Below are positions 29,426 through 39,070 of a DNA stretch of 64,000 bases, in pieces. The notes beneath the pieces are model-generated. The model was not told where the DNA came from. It searched no databases and was given only the letters and a program-made list of their open reading frames with translations. Where the stretch lies: NCBI GenBank assembly GCA_051362555.1, contig CM120649.1, positions 17,250,567-17,314,566 of the forward strand. The letters run 5' to 3'. Position numbers and translations under genes: made by a program. Positions within the stretch are counted from its first letter, which is position 1; every line of letters begins with the position of its first letter. This stretch comes from Lingula anatina (Eukaryota > Animalia > Brachiopoda).

Positions 29426-32400
29426 GAGGGAGACACTGAATAGATTCCCCGTGGGGATTACGCAACGAGCATTCAGGTGGTTTGGCCATAATTGATCAGC
29501 GGATCTGTTAGTCCCCAGTTCTAAATGCGCTCTTAGAAACAAAAAGACTTGTGGAAGGGCTAAGCTATGCATGCAAGTCAGTGGTAAATGCCAACGCAGC
29601 CTACCTCCGTATTCCAGCCTCGCTTTGACCTCTGTACCCCTACCAATGCCATTAGACATTCTGCACATGTAGTCATCATAATCCCCCTCCTCTATGTCAC
29701 TGATGGTAAAATTGGCCAGTAGAATATTATCTTCCTCTCTTGGATCAAAATGGAAAAAAATGCATTTCAAGTTATCTGTTTTAAAAAATTATAAGGAATT
29801 GTCAAAAATATTTTTAATAGCCCAGAGCAAAAAGTTTTGTAAATAATATTGGCGTTGATACGTATTTCTAGAAATGTTCTTTATCACTTCTTCAGTGGTG
29901 TACTATTTGAGAGACTACTGCTTCAACAATATCTTTTTAATAATTTTGATCATGAGAATACAAACATTTTTAAATACTACAATTATGATATTAATATCAA
30001 TCATTAGTCCTTCTTATGAAAATACGAGTGAGTACATGTAAATCTTACACCAAACTGATTGATATAATTTCATGATAAGTGGCCACACATTGTTTACCTC
30101 CCAGTTTGACTAATGGCTATATATCTCTTTCACTCATTCATAAAAATTTAGCTACAAACTTTGCAGCATTGCTTGGAAGAATATGATACACAAGCACGGC
30201 AAGCAAAACATATTTTACCTTTTTGTTTCAGTTACACTGTACCTAGGCCCCCAAGCCGTTACTTCACGGATATGCCCACTAGTTTTGTTTTTACGTTGCC
30301 AGCGAATGTCATTAAACATTCCTAATGGGTCTCCAAAGAATCCTTCACATATGAAGGAAACATGCTGCCCATGTTTCCTTTTATGTACCAGCACTCCATC
30401 TGTCAGCCTCTGTTTGGGGGGTTGCATCTGAGTGTTTATGAGTGCTATCAACTCAAGACTCCATGTGCTTGCCAAACTAACTTTATTCAAGATATCACTA
30501 CGCAGAGTGATTAGGTTGTAGTGAGTGCTAGGGTTATAGGTATATGTATATACGCATAACAAAGTAGTTCTATTTACATCTCCCCTTTTCTAGAAAGCTA
30601 TAACAATTAAATTACTGGACTGCTGTAACTGTAGCTCAGTATTGCTAGCTCTAGATAGTCCCTTGATTTTGGCACTGTAACTTTTTACTGATTGTATTTC
30701 TAATGAATAACTTTGAGTGCTTTAAGTAAAGTCAATAATGAACAATCAACATTAACATCAAAGTCAAACAATCAACATTAACATTAAAGTCAACATTTTT
30801 TTAAAATGTTCAATGAAAGAAAAGTCTGTCCTCCTGAATGAATTTGATCTGACAGTAATTAACTGTGACAAATAAACAAACAGTCTCTGAATGATTGCAA
30901 ACTTTGCAATGTTAACAGTCTCTTATATTCAGTCTTTAGTGTACTCTCAACAGTCTCTGAATTCACTTTCAACAGTCTCTAATTTTAGTGTATTCTCAAC
31001 AGTCTCTGAATTCACTTTCAACAGTCTCTAATTTTAGTGTATTCTCAACAGTCTCTGAATTCACTTTCAACAGTCTCTAATTTTAGTGTATTCTCAACAG
31101 TCTCTGATTTCACTTTCAACAGTTTGTCAATTACAGTCTGTCTGATCCTTTCCTTTCCCAGAAGGTAAAGTAAAAAGAATGTCACTGAAAATATTGCATA
31201 ACTTAGTGCTTTCCTGCACTGGCACTCTGAAATAACAATACATAACAAACACAAATGAATGTCAGTCCTCATGTATGGTTTATTCCTCTATCAGTCTTTT
31301 GGGTGGTCTTATAACTCTCCCACTTCTCGTAATTTTCGCACTGTCCTGATTATCTGGTTTCATATCCCCTGAATCTGGTGATAATTTGTGCTGGTCTGGC
31401 ATTTTCAGGATGTGTCTTCTGTTCCTACGGAGTTCACTGCCGTCATCACACTGGACATTGTAAGATCTCGGGGCCGTTTCCTTGGTGATTATCCCTGGTT
31501 TGTTGTAACCTGTTTTGCTTTCCAGCATGACTCTGTCACCTGGTTGCAAGGCTGGGAGTGGTTTAGCTGTCTTGTCATATGTGTTTTTCTGCTGTAATCT
31601 CCTTTCTGAAAGGCGGTGTGTGATTATCTCTGGGTCGAGTATTTTCTGAGCTAGTAATGATTCATCTATAGGTATGTCACTTTTGGTGCGACGTGCCATC
31701 ATCCTCTGGGCCGCTGATCCAAGCACTGGGTCTCTTGGTACATTTCTGCTATTGAGCAGGTTTAAATAAGGGTCACTGCCTTCACGTGCACTTTTCTCTA
31801 GAAGCGCTTTTGCTGCCTGTACTGCTCTTTCTGCCAATCCATTACTAGACGGAAAATGGGGGCTACTGGTTACATGGTTGAACTTCCAAGCTTGGCTGAA
31901 TTCCTTGAATTCTCTGGCACTGAATTGTGGACCATTGTCAGAAATGAGGATGTCTGGAATGCCAAATCTTGCAAAATGCGACTTAAGTTTTTTTATAACT
32001 GTTGCACTGGCTGTACTGTTCCCTAGAGTGTTGACTTCATACCAGCTAGTGTACGAGTCCACTGTTACCATGTAGTTTACACCTCTCCATTCGAATAAAT
32101 CTGTAGCCACAATAGACCATGGTCTGGTCGGTACTGGGTAAGACATAAGTGGTTCTTTCTGCTGGTGCTTTTTCATAGACAGGCACACGGTACAGTTTTC
32201 TACAATACTGTCAATGTCTTTCATCATGCTGGGCCAATACATTATGTCTTTTGCCCTTGACTTTGTTGCTTGACAGCCTCCGTGTCCTCTGTGTGCTTTC
32301 AATGCATATTCATGCTGTAAAGTTGCTGGTACGATGATCCGGCTTCCTTTCAGCACTACACCTTGATCAACTATGATCTCATCTCGGAATGCGAAATATT

Positions 32401-35400
32401 GTCTCAAATCTGGGTCACAGTTCTTTTCACTTTTAGGCCATCCCTCATGAACTGCATTGCATACTTTCTTCAGTATAGGGTCCTTGGCTGTGGCTGCTTT
32501 TAGCTCTTCCATCCTGTAGTCTGCGACAGGTATTATGGACAGAACTTCCACGTCACTGCTCTCAGTTTCATCCTTGCCTTCATTCAAGTATGCCCTTGAC
32601 AGTGTATCAGCAACCAACAAATCTTTCCCTTTCTTGTACACCAGTCTGATGCGGTATGGTTGCAGCTGTAGTAGCATTCGTTGCAGTCTTGCTGGGGCAC
32701 TTGCTAGTGGCTTTTTCCATATGGAGATCAGTGGTTGGTGGTCAGTTTCAATGGTTATGTCCTTGCCATATATATAATCTCGGAATTTTGCGCATGCAAA
32801 AACTACTGCGAGAAGTTCCTTCTCAATTTGGGCATAGCGTTTCTCTGCGTCTGACATTGCTCTGGATGCATATGCCACTGGTTTCCCATTCTGTAGACAT
32901 GCAGCTCCTAAGCCTGCTTGTGAAGCATCACAGGTCAGCGTGACTTCCTTGGAAACATCATAGTATGCTAAACAGGAATCCTGACTTATCTCCTGCTTGA
33001 TTGCTTCTAAGGCTGTGTCATGTGCATGGTTCCAAACAAATGAGTTATCTTTGCGTAGAAGTTCATTAAGTGGTGCGCACTTCTCACTAAGCTGTGGAAT
33101 GAACTTGGACAGGTACTTGGTCATACCTAGAAAACGTAACAACTCTGTCTTGTCTCTGGGTTTGGGCATCTCCTGGATTGCTCTGACCTTCTCTGGGTCT
33201 GGTTTGAGACCATCAGCTGTGAATGTGTGTCCCACATAGTTCACACTGGTCATCTTGTGTCTGCACTTGGATGCGTTGAGTTTTATGTTGATTTCTTTCA
33301 ACTTCTGAAGAACTGCTCTCAAATTCTTGTCGTGTTCCTCTTCTGTTGCGCCTGACACTAGGATGTCATCCATTATTATTTTACATGGCAGCCCGTTCAT
33401 CAAGTTTTCTATGGCTTGCTGGTATACTTCTGATGCTGAGCTGATTCCCATTGGCAGTCGTAGGTATCTGTAGCGACCGAATGGTGTACCAAATGTGGTC
33501 AGGTAAGAAGATTCTTCTTCTAATGGAATGCAGTAAAAAGCTTGCTTGGCATCTAAAACAGTGAAGTAATGCGCATTGGGCATATCACTTATGATTTCAT
33601 CCACAGTTCTCATGGGGTACCTGGGACGCTTGATTGCCTTGTTAAGGTCACCTGGATCAATGCATATCCTTATTGTGTCCGTGTTTTTCTTCGTGGTTAC
33701 CACCATTGCTGAAACCCAATCTGTAGGTTTGGTCACCTTGGCTATGATTCCTTGGCTTTCCATTCTTCTTAGTTCCTGCTTGACCTTGTCTTTAACAGCA
33801 ACAGGTAGCTTGCGTACTGGCCTGACTACTGGTGTCACTTGGGAGTCAACTGTAATCTTGTACTTCACAGGTAGTTGTCCCAACCTTTGGTCAAAAATAT
33901 CTGGGAATTCTGCAAACATGTCTGGTGTGGTGTTCACGCTGTACACACTTTCTCCCAGTTGTAACAGCTTCAGCTTCATACAGTCTGGTAGTCCTAATAA
34001 TGTCTGGACATTGGCATCAATGACATTGAATTTAATGTCATGTGTTTCACCTCTAAGTTCACAGGGTAAAATGGCACTTCCCACTGGAGTTATGGCATCT
34101 CCAGTAAAGCCAATAAGTTTCATTTTGTCTGCTGTGTTGATGCTTTCTCTGTCTCGAAGCATATCAAACGTTGCTAGGCTCATTACATTGCATTTAGCTC
34201 CTGTGTCAACTTTGACTTCTGTGCTCACATCATGGACTAGAAATTTTACATGTAAATCTTTCTTTGCTGCGTGTGGGCTATGCACTGAGTCAATTTTAAG
34301 TAAATCTGCTTCAGTGTCACTGCAAGAGTAAGTGTTAACTTCTCTAATGACCTTGTGTGTACGGGGTGATTTACTTTTCTGTGACTGGCTTCTACATGCA
34401 ACTTGGAAATGATTGAGCTTACCGCACTTGTGGCAACTTTTACCATAAGCTGGGCACTTTCCTTTGGCGTGACTACTGCTGCAGTTTCTGCATTTGGCCG
34501 TCTCACTTGCTTGTGATCTGCCATGGCTAAAAGTCTGTCGTGGCTTCTGTGCCTTCTTTTTGTTGACTAGATGCACTGTCACTGGATTCTGCTGTTGCAT
34601 TTGCTTGGCGTCGACCTCGGAGCACTCGTGAATTTGACAAATGTGCACCGCTTTTGTAAGTGTGAGGTTATTCTCTCTCAACAGCACCTTTCTGGTATTC
34701 TCATGTTTTATACCGATGACTATTCTGTCTCGTAACATGTCTTCCTCAAGGTTACCATAGTTGCAGCTTTTGATTTTGTGTTTCAGGTCAGCTAAAAATG
34801 ACTGAAATCGCTCGCCATCTTGTTGCGCGCGTAAATTAAATCTGTATCGTTCAAGTATAACGTTGGTTCTGGGATTACAAATCTCACTGAACTTGGCCTT
34901 TAAAATGTCTGGATCTTCTTTGTCTTCATCGTCATTGAATGTAAATGATTCAAATTTTTCGATAGCATCGCTACCGGCGAGATTTAATAGCATGTACGCT
35001 TTTTGCTTTGGCGTTTTCTCGCTATAGCAAGCTCCAACATATATATCGTACTCACGCACGAAAGTTTTCCAGTTCTGTTCTACGTTTCCTTCGAATGACA
35101 AAGGAGTAGGTTTTCTGAGTCCTTCCGCCATAATTTAAAATACTTTTTCAGTCAGCGGGTTTCCTACAAACAGGTAAATAATCCCGATTCTGACACCATG
35201 TTTATGAGTGCTATCAACTCAAGACTCCATGTGCTTGCCAAACTAACTTTATTCAAGATATCACTACGCAGAGTGATTAGGTTGTAGTGAGTGCTAGGGT
35301 TATAGGTATATGTATATACGCATAACAAAGTAGTTCTATTTACACTGAGCGGGCGGTTTGTTCCAGTTTCCACATTCTTAATAAAAGATGAACATAAACA

Positions 35401-36834
35401 TATGATAGCAGTTCTGTTATTCCACTTCTAAACTGTGACCACATTAAAAATTATACTATAGCTGTTTGAAAATGTTCTAAGTTATATTCTAATGTCCCTG
35501 CATAGCCACTTTTACGATGCAGACATTGACAAAAAGTACCCAATGTTGTCATTTCTACTTCAGGGCTCCGTAACTGGAAAACATCGTGAATTGCAGTAGC
35601 GATATCACTTTACATTTTGAGGCTATTATATGGGGCGAGAAAATGCGGAGTTATGGAATAGAGACGCTTGCTCAGTCGCAATTCGCGATGCTTTCGAGTT
35701 ACGGAGCGCTGCCCAGGAAGACGTTGCATTCCAAACTAATCATGAATTGTTAAGAAATAATAATTCAATTACAAATGGTGCAAAACACTGAATCAGGGAA
35801 AGGGCTGAACAATGATTTGTGTGTAAGGGAAAACTGCTTTGTTCTTGAGGAAAAATTCAATATGGCAAGCAAGTTAGTAAAGGGTCTTTTGTTGCTTTAT
35901 ATACTTGTATGAATTCAGTATTGCTATAGTTCAACTTAATAAAGGCTCTTTACTGCTTTACATACATGAATTCAGTATTTCTATAATGCATACACCTTTT
36001 AGGCACAAATGAATACCGAAAAAAGGTAATTTAAAAAAAATCACCATCTCACCTACTACTTTCAGCTCTATCTCATGTTGCTTCTGGTCACCTGCATCAT
36101 CACTTATTACGCACTTATACCTGCCACTGCGATACTGGAGTGGAGGTTTCATGGCTAACGTGGTATTACTTCGTAGAAGCTGATATGGACAACCAACATC
36201 ACACGTCCCTGTCTGGTCTGGTGGCGGAAATGAAATCCACTTTTCATTCTCCATCTTGAACCAGTGTAGTGTTTGGAAGCCAGCGGCACAGCAGTAGAGA
36301 CGCTTGTTGTTATCAGTGCATGAATAGTCTAAGTTGCCTAATTCTCTGGTGAAACGGAGAGGGCCCTCTGAAATCACATCAAACAGAGATGGAATAAGTG
36401 TTTCAGCTTCAATATGAATTATAAGTAGAGAGCTGATGTCATGAACTAGTATATACTCCTATGAGAATTTGGCTGATGCTTGTATTTAATTTTAAATATA
36501 AGAGATGAATACATGAAGGAATTCCACTAATCTAACACCTTCACAGTACAGTATAAAGTACATTGTATAAATCACTGAATTAAATAAATAAACACAAAAT
36601 GCACACATTTTGCAAAGTTGACAACAAGAGCTACATGATTTACTTGAAAAGGGATAACTTTTATAAACTGACATTACAGATTCTCACCAAATGAATGCTA
36701 TGCTATGTTACCTATATACAACATACATTACCAGACCTACCTGTGACATCTACCTGAGGACAGTAGTAAAACTGCCCTGCCTCTGTAGATTGTATAAAGA
36801 CCAAGATGAAATACAGCAGCAAGAACTTCCCCAT
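23883..36834 (-). CDS. Interleukin-1 receptor-like protein (signal peptide, 2 Ig domains, TM, TIR, long C-terminal tail; ~622 aa); exon 3 interrupted by an LTR retrotransposon
   Basis: Exons: 36741-36834 (MGKFLLLYFILVFIQSTEA signal peptide), 36053-36367 (Ig: LYCCAAG..W..SGRYKCVI), 35345-35376 joined to 30219-30427 (ECGNWNKPPAQ|MQPPK..SFICEGFFG..W), 29605-29738 (DYDDYMCRMSNGIG), 29134-29301 (TM), 28726-28866 (TIR start HDDIYIC..FAETILKEKLEKEGYSVRLD), 23883-24658 (CRRYVILISP..FWKKLQLCLP). All GT-AG, phases compatible, total 1869 nt. Confidence 0.85.
24985..28360. repeat. Tandem satellite array: 24 units of ~146 bp, four of them 121-123-bp deletion variants
   Basis: Unit starts (taggtcaaagg) at 24991, 25135, 25281, 25427, 25550, 25696 ... 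28104, 28250. Lies in the intron that splits the TIR domain. Confidence 0.95.
29349..29418. repeat. (AG)n(TG)n(AG)n microsatellite
   Basis: Direct reading. Confidence 0.9.
29437..29535. mobile_element. Short dispersed repeat (MITE-like), copy 2 of 3
   Basis: Similar to 6853-6935 (inverted) and ~45430-45510. Confidence 0.6.
30433..30578 (-). repeat. 3' LTR of element #1
   Basis: Direct repeat of 35199-35344; contains AATAAA on minus; adjoins the PPT. Confidence 0.95.
30915..31120. repeat. ~49-bp tandem repeat in the 3' UTR of element #1
   Basis: aacagtctctgaattcactttcaacagtctctaattttagtgtattctc, about 3.5 copies. Confidence 0.85.
31280..35131 (-). CDS. Gag-Pol polyprotein, 1283 aa (gag with two zinc knuckles, protease, RT, RNase H, integrase)
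   Basis: CRNCSSSHAKGKC and CHKCGKLNHFQVAC; VDTGA protease; RLPMG..IMDD RT; CDAS..YASR..EKELLA RNase H; H..H..C..C and SDNGPQF..SNGLAER integrase. PR-RT-RH-IN order indicates Gypsy. Confidence 0.97.
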   Translation of the reverse strand: MAEGLRKPTPLSFEGNVEQNWKTFVREYDIYVGACYSEKTPKQKAYMLLNLAGSDAIEKFESFTFNDDEDKEDPDILKAKFSEICNPRTNVILERYRFNLRAQQDGERFQSFLADLKHKIKSCNYGNLEEDMLRDRIVIGIKHENTRKVLLRENNLTLTKAVHICQIHECSEVDAKQMQQQNPVTVHLVNKKKAQKPRQTFSHGRSQASETAKCRNCSSSHAKGKCPAYGKSCHKCGKLNHFQVACRSQSQKSKSPRTHKVIREVNTYSCSDTEADLLKIDSVHSPHAAKKDLHVKFLVHDVSTEVKVDTGAKCNVMSLATFDMLRDRESINTADKMKLIGFTGDAITPVGSAILPCELRGETHDIKFNVIDANVQTLLGLPDCMKLKLLQLGESVYSVNTTPDMFAEFPDIFDQRLGQLPVKYKITVDSQVTPVVRPVRKLPVAVKDKVKQELRRMESQGIIAKVTKPTDWVSAMVVTTKKNTDTIRICIDPGDLNKAIKRPRYPMRTVDEIISDMPNAHYFTVLDAKQAFYCIPLEEESSYLTTFGTPFGRYRYLRLPMGISSASEVYQQAIENLMNGLPCKIIMDDILVSGATEEEHDKNLRAVLQKLKEINIKLNASKCRHKMTSVNYVGHTFTADGLKPDPEKVRAIQEMPKPRDKTELLRFLGMTKYLSKFIPQLSEKCAPLNELLRKDNSFVWNHAHDTALEAIKQEISQDSCLAYYDVSKEVTLTCDASQAGLGAACLQNGKPVAYASRAMSDAEKRYAQIEKELLAVVFACAKFRDYIYGKDITIETDHQPLISIWKKPLASAPARLQRMLLQLQPYRIRLVYKKGKDLLVADTLSRAYLNEGKDETESSDVEVLSIIPVADYRMEELKAATAKDPILKKVCNAVHEGWPKSEKNCDPDLRQYFAFRDEIIVDQGVVLKGSRIIVPATLQHEYALKAHRGHGGCQATKSRAKDIMYWPSMMKDIDSIVENCTVCLSMKKHQQKEPLMSYPVPTRPWSIVATDLFEWRGVNYMVTVDSYTSWYEVNTLGNSTASATVIKKLKSHFARFGIPDILISDNGPQFSAREFKEFSQAWKFNHVTSSPHFPSSNGLAERAVQAAKALLEKSAREGSDPYLNLLNSRNVPRDPVLGSAAQRMMARRTKSDIPIDESLLAQKILDPEIITHRLSERRLQQKNTYDKTAKPLPALQPGDRVMLESKTGYNKPGIITKETAPRSYNVQCDDGSELRRNRRHILKMPDQHKLSPDSGDMKPDNQDSAKITRSGRVIRPPKRLIEE
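35181..35198 (-). other. Primer-binding site of element #1 (TGGTGTCAGAATCGGGAT, tRNA-Leu-like)
   Basis: Directly follows the 5' LTR; TGG start is complementary to tRNA CCA. Confidence 0.85.
35199..35344 (-). repeat. 5' LTR of element #1
   Basis: Direct repeat of 30433-30578; followed by the PBS. Confidence 0.95.
35561..35711. mobile_element. MITE (~150 bp)
   Basis: Imperfect ~30-bp TIRs cagggctccgtaactggaaaacatcgtgaattgc / gcaattcgcgatgctttcgagttacggagcgctg. Confidence 0.7.
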
Positions 36835-37005
36835 ACTGATCACACTTGAAAGAGATGAACATCAAGCACGCTATTATGCAAAACTTTGTCTGTTAATTAT
36901 CAGACACATGTGTATGAATAAAATTTATGGACACAACTGTGTGAACTTAAACGAGGTCCTGGGTGGTGGGTATAAAGAGATATACGTTTGTCATTGGAAA
37001 AGATG

Positions 37006-37626
37006 GGTCCTACTAAACATAGAAATGGATAGAAATGGGTAGAAATGGATAGAAATGGACAGAAATGGACCGATATAGACCTCTAGGTAGGATAGCAAAC
37101 CTCTCTAGGGTTGTATTTGAGTTCTAAATAGTAAAAATAAACTTACTTCTGCACCAGAAAGAAGTTTTATTGACTTTTCTGCCAAGACACCAGCGGAGGT
37201 TGAAATCAGGTCAAAGTCGCCATTTATATGTATTCATAACATTTTCAAAATAATTTCATTAAAAACCTTTAATTGAACTTCAAAATTCTATTTCAAATAC
37301 TCGCCTTATTGAACAAATTCCGTTTTAATTATTTTATTTGAGTCTTTGCTGTGCTTGTGAAAGTTGTTTAGTGGAGCAACCAGTGCTCCCAAGCACAGCC
37401 TCGTTGTGGAATCCACCTTGAAAATGGCGACCTTGACCTGATTTCAACCTCTACTGGTGTCACGGCAGAAAAGTCAATAAAACTTCTTTCTGGTGCAGAA
37501 GTAAGTTTATTTTTACTATGTACAATTCTAACCTAGAGAGGTTTGCTATGCCTACCTAGAGGTCTATATCGGTCCATTTCTGCCCATTTCTATCCATTTC
37601 TACCCATTTCTATGTTTAGTAGGACC
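37006..37626. mobile_element. Foldback/Mutator-like non-autonomous element with ~210-220-bp TIRs
   Basis: Ends ggtcctactaaacatagaaatgg / ccatttctatgtttagtaggacc; 10-bp TSD ggaaaagatg at 36996-37005 and 37627-37636; 10-bp agaaatgg subterminal repeats. Confidence 0.88.
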
Positions 37627-37818
37627 GGAAAAGATGGTTAGATCAGCTGTAAGTATAATCAATGTTAATGTTTAAGTACATACATTAGTGTACATAAACT
37701 TGTTTAATATTACAGTAGGATACAGAAGAAGGAGCTCCTGCATCGCGGCTGATTTGGCAACTGGTCTTCATTACACACTTTTTGATGCCTTGGCTTTCAT
37801 GCGTTAACACAGTGTAGT

Positions 37819-38690
37819 CACGCTCCGCTGTCACCTTGATTGGCTAGTAAACGATTGTTGTAAAATCGCTAAATGATATGAAAACCGGGTGCATAAACTT
37901 GAAAACCACCTAGGACAACCTTAGACTGCCACATTAATCCAATACAATGCAAAAATAAACAATAACAAGTGGTTAAAGCCTTCAAACCGAATGTCGTAAA
38001 GTCCCCATATACCTCCATAGAGACAATAAAATAGAGTAAGCTTGTGAAACAAAAATCGACCAACGTAAACATAATAATCGAAATAAAATACTGCCGGGCA
38101 TCAGAGTGGCCTAAAACTTGGCACGCTTACCGCAAATACTGCAGGCTACATCATCCCGTCGCTCGTTTGTTAATTCCGTGCATGGCATACGCACAATCAA
38201 ACCGTATATCCAAATTCCAACTCTGATGTTTATTTCGGTCCTCTCTAACCTCCAATTCAGGAAATGACGTAACCGCAGAGGTCGTATTGTCCAATGGCAT
38301 GGCTTCTTTTTCGTAATTCTTTTTCTTTTTCGTAATTAACAAACGAGCGACGGGATGATGTAGCCTGCAGTATTTGCGGTAAGTGTGCCAAGTTTTAGGC
38401 CGCTCCGATGCCCGGCAGTGTTTTATTTCGATTATTATGTTTAAGTTGGTCGATTTTTGTTTCACAAGCTTACTCTATTTTATTGTCTCTATGGAGGTAT
38501 ATGGGGACTTTACGACATTCGGTTTGAAGGCTTTAACCACTTGTTATAGTTTATTTTTGCATTGTATTGGATTACTGTGGTAGTCCAAAGTTGTTCTAGG
38601 TGGTTTTCAAGTTTATGCACCCGGTTTTAATATCATTTAGCGATTTTACGACAATCGTTTAATATCCAATCAAGGTGACAGCCGAGCGTG
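37819..38690. mobile_element. Long-TIR (~355 bp) non-autonomous DNA transposon with 8-bp TSD (hAT- or P-like)
   Basis: Ends cacgctccgctgtcaccttgattgg / ccaatcaaggtgacagccgagcgtg; TSD agtgtagt at 37811-37818 and 38691-38698. The mirror-image ORF pairs in the track come from this palindrome. Confidence 0.88.
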
Positions 38691-38765
38691 AGTGTAGTTA
38701 TCAAAATCGGCAAAAGGAGTGTGCTGGGGGGGGGGGGGGTGCGGGTAAACTTAACACATATTTAC

Positions 38766-39070
38766 CTGTTTTTTTCTCACCAGTAGATGACGTCAAGTAC
38801 TCCAAACTGGGATCACATATCTTTTAATTGAAGAAACCCAAAGATGATGAAAAAAAGCTTGTCCTACATGCCGGCCATGACACTCTTTTCACCACAACTT
38901 CCTCGAGCAAAAGTCATGTGAACCTAACTAGGTCACTTTAGATAGGGCGTGGCGCATGCCCAGATGAGTTAGTTTATTATTTTCCGGTCTTCGTGGCAGG
39001 AGGCTCCTAGTGCACTGCTTGTGTTATGATGTCGTGTGGATTTTAACAGTCTAGTGGTGAAGTGATCGTG
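38766..39070. promoter_or_regulatory. Putative bidirectional promoter of the IL-1R-like gene and GCC2
   Basis: Head-to-head genes; candidate donors on minus (CAG|GTAAA ~38765) and plus (ATC|GTGAGT ~39067); NRF1-like GCGCATGC at ~38952; CpG enrichment. Inference. Confidence 0.45.

Larger units (their letters stand above)
30433..35344 (-). mobile_element. Intact Ty3/Gypsy (Mag-like) LTR retrotransposon #1, 4912 bp, inserted in exon 3 of the IL-1R-like gene
   Basis: 146-bp TG..CA LTRs at 30433-30578 and 35199-35344, identical by eye. 5-bp TSD ctgag at 30428-30432 and 35345-35349 (CTCAG in element orientation). PBS at 35181-35198. PPT (agaaaaggggaga on minus) at 30579-30591. Confidence 0.97.

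Noticed and set aside
30433-30578. Solo-LTR recombination as a way to restore the host genes
   Set aside because: Element #1 would leave 151 nt (frameshift and early TAG). Element #2 would leave 153 nt, in frame but with TAA at codon 5.
25281-30578. Shared 146-bp length of the satellite unit and the LTR of element #1
   Set aside because: No sequence similarity between them; treated as coincidence.
30580-31272. env-like third ORF in element #1 (75-aa ORF 31045..31272)
   Set aside because: Too short, runs into the tandem repeat, and lacks env features.
33576-34331. 251-aa antisense ORF within gag-pol, and similar antisense ORFs over the TRIP12 and GCC2 large exons
   Set aside because: Shadow ORFs of long coding frames with no independent motifs.
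37869-38583. Four small ORFs in mirror-image pairs (toxin-antitoxin-like look)
   Set aside because: They arise from the two arms of a palindromic non-autonomous transposon and have no recognisable domain.
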